The notes under the pieces were generated by a model. It did no database searches, had not been told where the DNA came from, and saw only the letters and a list, made by a program, of their open reading frames with translations. This document shows, one piece after another, positions 56,283-64,000 of a stretch of 64,000 nt of DNA. Source of the stretch: an uncultured Phycisphaerales bacterium. Its GTDB lineage: Bacteria > Planctomycetota > Phycisphaerae > Sedimentisphaerales > Anaerobacaceae. How positions within the stretch are numbered: position 1 is the stretch's first letter; every line of letters starts with the position of its first letter. The stretch is taken from contig CAVYYI010000001.1 of the NCBI GenBank assembly GCA_963772725.1, positions 736,001-800,000 of the forward strand. The letters run 5' to 3'. The translations under genes were made by a program, and so were the position numbers.

Positions 56283-59200
56283 GCTTTAGAGAATATTTTT
56301 TCGCAGGAGATTGTACAGAGGCTCGGCTGGACGCTGGTTCATTTTATCTGGCAGGGGGCGGCGGTCGCGGGGGTGCTGGCGGTTACGCTTTGGTTATTGC
56401 GGAGGTCAGCGGCGAATTTGCATTATATTATCGCGTGTGCCGCGATGGTTTTGATAGTTTTACTGCCGATGGCAACGATAAGGTTAATAAAGGTTTCAGC
56501 GGTTGAGAGGAATTATACGGATAGAATCTGGGGGCTAAATACATCACAAGGGGATTTGGGGACGAATGTGCAGGCGATAGAATTATCTACTCCGGAGGAA
56601 AAGGTAATTGCTTTGCCGAGGGTGTCACTGAAGGACAGGTTTATCGGGATTGTTGAGCCAAGGCTTCCTTATATTGTTTTCGGGTGGCTTGCGGGGGTGT
56701 TTGTGTTCAGCGTATGGCATTTGGGCGGATGGACGCAATTGCAGAGGCTTAAACGGCGGCTTGTTAAATCGGTTGAACCTGCCGTTTTTGAAAAGGCAAG
56801 ACAATTGGCTGAGAGGCTTGGTGTTTATAGGGCGGTTGAGGTTGTGGAATCGGCGCTTGTGCAGGTGCCGACGGTTGTGGGGTGGCTTAGGCCGATGATT
56901 TTGCTGCCGGCAAGTGCGCTGACAGGTTTGAATGCGGAACAGCTTGAAGCGATAATTGCGCACGAACTGGTGCATATTAAAAGGTGCGATTACCTTATCA
57001 ATATTTTGCAGACGGTTGTTGAGATTTTGGGTTTTTATCACCCGGCGGTTTGGTGGATTTCTCGCAGGATTAGGATTGAACGTGAAAACTGCTGTGATGA
57101 TTTGGCGGTCAGTGCTTGCGGGGACAAGTTATGCTATGCAACAGCATTGGCGGCGATGGAAGAAATCCGCTCTGGCCAAGGGCAATTTGCTTTGGCTGCT
57201 ACCGGCGGAAGCTTATTCGAACGTATTCAGCGGGTTATTGGAAAACAAAGTGAGCAAAGCAGTAAAAGAAGCTGGTTGCCTTCTTTCATTTCGCTTTTAT
57301 TTATAATGTCTTTGATAATATCAGTAAGTTTCGCAATGAGCAGCAGAACGAAAAATATAGGGGGGAATAGCGTAGAGCGTACAGCGAACAGCGTACAGAA
57401 AAAATCTGAATTTACAGCCACAGAGGACACAGAGAACGCAGAGGTTAAAAAAATACAAGATATAAATGTGACGGGTAAGCTGGAATTTCGGATTGCGCCA
57501 AAGGAAGATGGATTGACTAAAGAGACGGTACAAGAATATGTCAAAGCATTGGCAGAAAAGGGGCCGGGCAAGGTGAAAGATAATTTTGTATGGTTTGAGG
57601 CTAAAGACGGTTTGAAAGCCGTCAATTTGATTACTGGTAAATATCAGGAACGGGTATATGTGCTGCTTAGAAATAAAGAGCCTTACATAATGCTGCCACG
57701 GGGCTGGGGGCTGGAAAGAGTGTATCCGACGACAGATCAGATGGGAAAGCCGGCAGTGGGATTTGACTTTGATGAGAATGGCAGGCAAACTTTTTTACAA
57801 TCTGACGAAAGCCAATACCGGCAAACCGATTGCAATTGTTGTAGATGGCAAAGTTTTGTCAGTGCCGCACATAAATTCTGCCATGAGTAAAAGCGTAGGT
57901 ATTGTGGGAATATTTACAAAACAAGAAGTTGATAATCTGATTGAGTATCTTCAAAAAAACATGCCGCCGACGAAAGTATCGGAAACAACTCCTTTGACAG
58001 CGGGTTTTGAAGCGGTTATTGAGAGTACGCTTAAAAACTATGAGTACATAGATCTGGATTCGGGAAAGACATTTACTTTGCCTTCTGCGTTGGTAAATGT
58101 TTCAGACGTTAATGCGATGATGAACTGGATCCGAAGCAATAGTATCGATGCACAATGTGTGATGACAAATAGTGTTAGTGGTATTGGCGGCGTGGATACG
58201 ACCGTTACAGAAACATATAAAACGGCATGGGATCAGATGTCCGCAGAGGAAATAATATCTGACATTAGACGTTTAGGCAGTGCCGATAACAAGCCGACTT
58301 TTACGAGTTTCCTTATTAAGGCCAAAGCTGACGACCTGCCCAAAACTTGTTTATTCAAAACCCGTGAAGGCCGAATCGGCATACTCCAGATAATTGGCTT
58401 CACCGATAATCCCAAAGGCATTAATATCCGTTATAAAATGGTTCAAAAATTTGCCGAACAGGGTGAGGGGAAAAATGCAGCAAGTGAGCAGTTGAATCCG
58501 CCTTTGGCGGAAAGAGGTGAGGCAGACAGCAATGGCAGTCAGCTTTATCAGAAGCAGGATTCGTTTAGAAACGCATTAGAGTTTGCCGGTACGCCTGCGG
58601 ATAGGATGGATGTTTCTCTTAGCTGCCTAAATGATAGGGGGCAATTGGCAGGTCCTAAACAATTGGAGTTTGCTAACAAACTATTTAGCGTTCGCAAGAA
58701 TAAAGATGTCGATTTATACATCTCTCTGCTTAGCGATGGCACAAAGAAAGAACTTAGCGACAGCAATGACAGAAGAATGGTTCAAAACGACATAAAAGAA
58801 ATAAAGGCAGGCACATTTCTTTACGGCGAATATAATTGGAATTTTTTTGTTACCTTCCGGAAGTTTAATGATAAAGACAGAAGCTATTTAGAAAAGCATG
58901 TAACTTTTGCTGAATGGCCAACTCAGGTGATGACTTTTTTCTGTTTCTGTACCAATAATTACATGCTCATTGGAGAACAATTTTACCTTATAGAAGATAA
59001 TGGCTTATATAAGCTTGTTAAGGAAACTTTATCTCATCCAATTCCAGTTTCTGTGAAAAAAGAACAGCCTGCAGGTCCTCGCCAATATGGTATCGCCGCT
59101 TTCGAGCAAATTGAAGATGCATATACTAAGCAGGGTATTTGGAAGTATAAATGGGATATTGAGCTAAACGGTGATGTAAGCAAGAATAATACTTTTCAAA

Positions 59201-60237
59201 TTATAAAGACAACAAAAGTTATCTCAGGTCACGCCGATTTACATCCAGATATCGAAGTTGAGACGCTTATAGATGAGAGTATGATTGAAAAATATAAGCG
59301 TAATTCGCTAAAATTTCGGTTTTACGTTGGTGATTCAGAACCGAAATATAATTACAATAAATATGGTCTCACGCTTTCTGGATGGTCGTGGTGTTTTTCC
59401 GTAAATGGTTTATCTCAGTCATCGACAATGGTTTTTCCTGGAAAAGATGTAACAAACATAGAGCCAAGAAAACAGGGTAATTTTATCGGTTCTGATATGG
59501 TTTTGCTCTCATTTGAAACATCTGACCTCACTGCCGTATATGAACACAAGATTATTTTGAGGAAAAAAGATAAGGTCAAGAGTAAGATTTTGACAAGTGT
59601 GTATGTAATTTCTTTGCCTGCGGAGTCGAATGAATGTAAGGAACTGCTAACTGCGGATGCAAATGGAGCAAAGATGCTTGATTCGGTTAAGGTGGAGCAA
59701 TTACTGAAACGGCCTAATGTTAAGATTATTGCCAAGCAAGGAATAGCGACCTTCGATGGTGCTGAAGATATGTTACGAATCAGCGGAGAGGAGATAAAAT
59801 ATATCAGCGGTTATGCGGAGTCCAATGAGCCGAATGGTGAACCAAGGGCTGTTTATGATTCTGTTATGAAAGGTAATGCCATGTCCTTAAAAGTGACAGG
59901 CGCAATAAAGCCCAAAGATGTGATTTTGTTGAATATTAATCTCTCGATGCGGGATATGTATGGCTTTAAAGATTTTATGTATAAGGACAAATATCCATAT
60001 CAGGTGCCATCTTTAGGAACAATGGATATTGCCAGCAGAGTTGCGGTAAGAAGCGGCCAGACAATTGTCTTGAGCGGGCAGGGGCTTCCTGACGAACCTA
60101 AGGGGAAAACGCGATTAATCCTGGTTAAGGCGGAAAAAGTTCTTGAACAACCGGTGCGATAAGGCGAATCTACCATTCTCAATTAACTGGTTATTTGACG
60201 GTTGACAATTGGTGGTTCATTTCAGATAATTGCCGCA

Positions 60238-61845
60238 ATGGTTTTTACACTGCATAGATACATATTTAGGGAGTTGATGAAAATTTTCGTCCTCACGGCG
60301 GTAGCGTTGACGCTGATGCTTAGCCTCGGCAGCGTTATTCATCCTGTACAGGAATATGGTGTTGGTCCCTGGCAGGTGATTCACCTTATAGGTTATTCCA
60401 TGCCTATAACGCTAACGTTCATATTGCCTATGGCGGCGTTATTCGCGGCAGCACTGGTTTATGGAAGACTGGCCGGTGATAATGAACTCAACGCCTGCAG
60501 AGCAAGCGGAATAGGTATGTGGACGCTGGTATATCCGGGTCTAACACTGGCGATTATGGTGGCGATAGCAAACCTTATTCTTAGCTTTTATGTTATGCCC
60601 GCTTTTGTTCAGCGTGGGGAAAAATTTATAAAAGCCGATGCCGAGCAGGTAATTTTCCGTAATATCCAGCGCAACGGCTATTATAAATCCGTAGATAGCA
60701 GGTTCGTTGTTTATGCTGATAATGCGGACCTTGACACCATACGCTTTCGAGCGTAGTTATAACACAAATTAAAAACGGCGCAATTCTGAAGGTAATCGGT
60801 GCCGAGCAGGCGAAGGTACAGTTTACCGGCAACAGGGTAGAAATAATTGCTTATAACACCTGCGAAATCGGCATTGAAGGCGATGTGGCATCAGCTCAAA
60901 TATTGCCTATAGGGGCAGAGTTTGTGTCCCTGATGGGCGATAAAATCAAATTCAAAAAAATAAGCAAGATGAAACAGATTGAAGCTAATCCACTTTTGTT
61001 TGGCCCAGTAGAGAAACTTGCAAGGAACGTTTACAGCCAGTTTACAGGAGAATTACTGGCACAGGACATCATTTCGAAAACAGCCTCTGAGCCGAATGGA
61101 TTTTATAAGCTCACAAGCGGAGGTAAACCTGTCGCGTTTGCCGCAACCAGGGTTTTGGCGGGAACAGATAAGAAAGTTGACCTGTCAGGGAAAATAATTG
61201 TTGTTGATGGAACCAGGCAGCCTGAACGCACTATGATATGCACAAAGGGAATTATCTATATTGACGGGGATGAATTCGCCCCTACTTTGAAAATGGAACT
61301 TTATAACGCCCAATACAAGGGAACCGATGGTGTGGAAAGGCTCGAACACAGGCCTGTCATATCTAACCTGCTTCTTCCGAAAGGAGTAAAAAGTAAGCTC
61401 GCCGGCTCAGGCGACAACTCCAATGCAATCAGCAGTGAGGATATTTTGGCCGCAATCAGGCCAGAGGCAATTTCATCGGCATTGCATAAAAAAGGCAGCA
61501 AAAGGCTTGTGGATTTGCAAAACAACCTGGAAGGAGAGCTGCATGATTTAATGGGTAATATAAAGGCAGAAATACATTCAAGGCTGGTATTCGGGACCGG
61601 ATGTATTCTGGTTGTAATGATTGGCATAGGGCTCGGTATACTCAAAAAGGGTGGGCATTTGCTGAGTGCTTTTGTGCACAAGCGCGATACCAGCGGCGAT
61701 TCTTATAGTCTGCATTATGATGGGTAAGAACATAACTACCAGCTCTACGTCGCGGGTTGCTTTGGGATTGACCCTTATGTGGTCAGGTTTGGTTATATTA
61801 TCAATTGTTATGTTTGTTATATATAGGCGATTACTGAGAAACTGA
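60238..61845 (+). CDS. lptF: LptF/LptG family permease, frameshifted
   Basis: LHRYIFRE, LP.A.L.A....YGRL..DNEL.A.RASG and EIHSR motifs; paired with the downstream permease. Confidence 0.82.
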
Positions 61846-61874
61846 TTAACGGCTTCAGCATTTGTTAAAACTTT

Positions 61875-62975
61875 ATGAAGATACTTGATAAATATGTGAC
61901 CAGGAGTTTTCTGATTGGGTATGCAATTGCCTTTTGTGTTCTGATAGGTCTGAGAGTAATCATCGACTTATTTATAAACCTCGATGAGTTCGCCGAGCAT
62001 GCCAATATCGGTTTTTTTGCAATAGTTAAAAATATACTTGTGTTTTATGGTTTGAACGCAACGCTTTATTTCCGTGATTTCGCCGGTATGATAACCGTGG
62101 TGGCGGCGGCATTTTCGTTAGGTAAAATGGTCAGGAACAATGAGCTTGTGGCGATGATGGCTTCCGGCATAAGCCTTAAAAGGGTAATAGCTCCAATAAT
62201 TCTGCTGTCGATGATTTCGGCAGGTTTGCTGGTTATAGACCAGGAATTTATCATACCACCGCTTGCGCCGCAGCTTGTTCGCAGTAAAGATACACTTCCG
62301 GGGCAGGAATCATATAATGTGCGGGGTATTATTGACGCCAGCGGCTCACTTATTTGTACACAGAAATTCGATATGCCCACAGTGACAATGAAAAATCCGA
62401 CTATCGTACTTCGGCGTCAGAAACCAAACTCACTGGTTTGGGATTTTATCGGGCGGATAGACGCGGAAGAAGCTGTCTATAATTTTAAGACAAACAGATG
62501 GGACCTCAAAGGAGGCTTGTTTACAGGCATAGACCCGGACAAAGGCCGACAGCGAATGGCTTTTTATCAGAGCGATATTACGCCTCATGATATACCGATT
62601 CGCATTAATTCTGACAATAAAACACTTCTGAGTTCGTGGCAGTTGTCGGTACTTGCGCAGCAGGGGACAAAAATCAAGGATATGGCACAGCTTTACAGCC
62701 AGAAGCACTTTCGTATTACGGACCCGATTATAAGTATGGTTATGCTTCTGATAAGTCTTCCTGTGCTTGTCTGCCGTGACCCAAAGGCCATGAAATCTGC
62801 GGTTATGATAAGTTTTGGCTTAACTGGTGCGTGTTTCCTTATTAATTTTGTCTGCAAATTATTCGCCACGGAAGTGATATTCCAAAACAGAATAATCCCG
62901 GAACTATGGGCATGGCTGCCTGTCATTCTCTTTTTACCCATTGCGATAGTTGAATTCGATTCAATGAAAACCTAA
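61875..62975 (+). CDS. lptG: LptF/LptG family permease
   Basis: MKILDKY, NELVAMMASGISL and AWLP motifs. Confidence 0.88.
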   Translation: MKILDKYVTRSFLIGYAIAFCVLIGLRVIIDLFINLDEFAEHANIGFFAIVKNILVFYGLNATLYFRDFAGMITVVAAAFSLGKMVRNNELVAMMASGISLKRVIAPIILLSMISAGLLVIDQEFIIPPLAPQLVRSKDTLPGQESYNVRGIIDASGSLICTQKFDMPTVTMKNPTIVLRRQKPNSLVWDFIGRIDAEEAVYNFKTNRWDLKGGLFTGIDPDKGRQRMAFYQSDITPHDIPIRINSDNKTLLSSWQLSVLAQQGTKIKDMAQLYSQKHFRITDPIISMVMLLISLPVLVCRDPKAMKSAVMISFGLTGACFLINFVCKLFATEVIFQNRIIPELWAWLPVILFLPIAIVEFDSMKT

Positions 62976-63008
62976 ATGGCAGGCATTCATAATCTGACCG
63001 CGGAAGAC

Positions 63009-64000
63009 TCAAAATTCTCTCGTTGTTACCGCCACTTCAAATGCCTTGCCGCGCTTGACTCTTCGCACAAGGAATTCGATATTACCCTGCTTGTAACTAT
63101 CGCCTGGTTTGGGTATATGTCCCAGCCGATTACCAAGCCAGGTCGCAAGGGTTTCCTGTGAAGGCGGCACATCAAGCTGAATCTGACGCGTAAGTTCTGT
63201 CATCATGACCCCGCCTCCGACCATCCACGTTCCGCCGCTAAGTGTATGAAACATTTTGGGCAGGCGGTCAAACTCATCTTCAAGTTCACCGACAAGTTCT
63301 TCAACCAGGTCTTCGAGTGTTACCAGTCCCAGCGTAACACCTTTGGCGTCTTTGACAATCGCTATATGGACGTGCTGCTCAACGAAAAGTCTTAGTAAAT
63401 TGGCCGCACTGTCCTCTGGTGATACAAACTGCACAGGTCTTATTATCCCCCTGAAATTCGGCTCATTTGGATTGGTACGCATAAAATAGACCATTTCCTT
63501 AAAATTTACATAGCCGAGAACTTTATCAGGGTCGTCACTTTCACATACAGGAAAACGCGTATGAGTATCAATATGTGCAGCGATAAGGGCTTCCATAAGA
63601 GTTTTCGATGCCGATAAAAACGAAATCTGCTGCACCGGTATCATAACCTGTCTTGCGGATAATCCTGATAATCGCGATGCCCCTTTAATAATGCGTTCCT
63701 GGTGTGAGCCAATTTGATTTGTCAATCTTGCCAGACCCGCAAGAGCAGATATTTCCTCTATCGTTGAGGTAGCGGCTGTTTTATCATATTTTAAGCCAAA
63801 AGGCTTATTGAGCCATTGTACAAGTTTAAGAATCGGTTCAAATACAGGGATAGATGAATTTAACGGCCAAGCTATGATTTTTGCCAGCTGCCGGTTAAAC
63901 CTCACACCAAGTGTCTTAGGAAGAATCTCAGTAAACTGTATCATCAAAAATGTAAAAATCAGAGAAAAGACCCAAATCCACTTTTCTCCAAAGATATGGT
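63009..64000 (-). CDS. Hemolysin-family CNNM/CBS/CorC-domain protein, 5' part outside the window
   Basis: TEILPK, VMIP, HTRFPV and GLVTLEDLVEELVGE motifs. Confidence 0.9.
   Translation of the reverse strand, partial: HIFGEKWIWVFSLIFTFLMIQFTEILPKTLGVRFNRQLAKIIAWPLNSSIPVFEPILKLVQWLNKPFGLKYDKTAATSTIEEISALAGLARLTNQIGSHQERIIKGASRLSGLSARQVMIPVQQISFLSASKTLMEALIAAHIDTHTRFPVCESDDPDKVLGYVNFKEMVYFMRTNPNEPNFRGIIRPVQFVSPEDSAANLLRLFVEQHVHIAIVKDAKGVTLGLVTLEDLVEELVGELEDEFDRLPKMFHTLSGGTWMVGGGVMMTELTRQIQLDVPPSQETLATWLGNRLGHIPKPGDSYKQGNIEFLVRRVKRGKAFEVAVTTREF

Larger units (their letters stand above)
54741..60162 (+). pseudogene. BlaR1-like M56 peptidase sensor with large extracytoplasmic region, interrupted at codon 5 by an IS; extra frameshift near 57785
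   Basis: Removing the IS gives MIALENIFSQEIVQRLGWTLVHFIWQG; HELVHIKR.D and ERENCCDD motifs. Confidence 0.88.

Overview
Chromosomal window from an anaerobic Planctomycetota-like bacterium. A Phycisphaerae/Sedimentisphaerales affiliation is inferred from gene content (PEP-CTERM protein, BlaI/M56 system, group 3b hydrogenase, NfnAB-type pair) and was not confirmed by a search. Most of it is housekeeping and metabolic: truA, asd, degP-like protease, lepB, class V aminotransferase, DUF1015, NfnAB/SudAB-type pair, trxA, scpA, trpS, metX-metW fusion, NiFe group 3b hydrogenase operon, mprF, ygiQ-like, ileS, murG, ubiB-like, msrAB, lptFG and a CNNM/CBS protein. There is one tRNA-Gly(CCC) and four IS elements with readable ends and target duplications (IS66, IS630, IS5, ISL3-like). 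Two of the IS elements split genes that can be rebuilt in frame. Many genes, including essential ones, carry single-base frameshifts that are most likely assembly errors. The most notable region is an accessory island after the tRNA (about 22.7-34.1 kb). It encodes a ~309-aa Cys-x-x-x repeat protein with a twin-arginine-like leader and a 245-aa core holding ~63 Cys and no basic residues. It also encodes a radical SAM/SPASM enzyme, whose CxxxCxxC motif is hidden by a frameshift, fused to a second CXXX-maturase-like domain. These are interleaved with TPR proteins and two pairs of a secreted Cys-rich protein plus a partner, and the core module is bracketed by a 23-bp direct repeat. This is a candidate unusual RiPP-like or protein-modification and export system.
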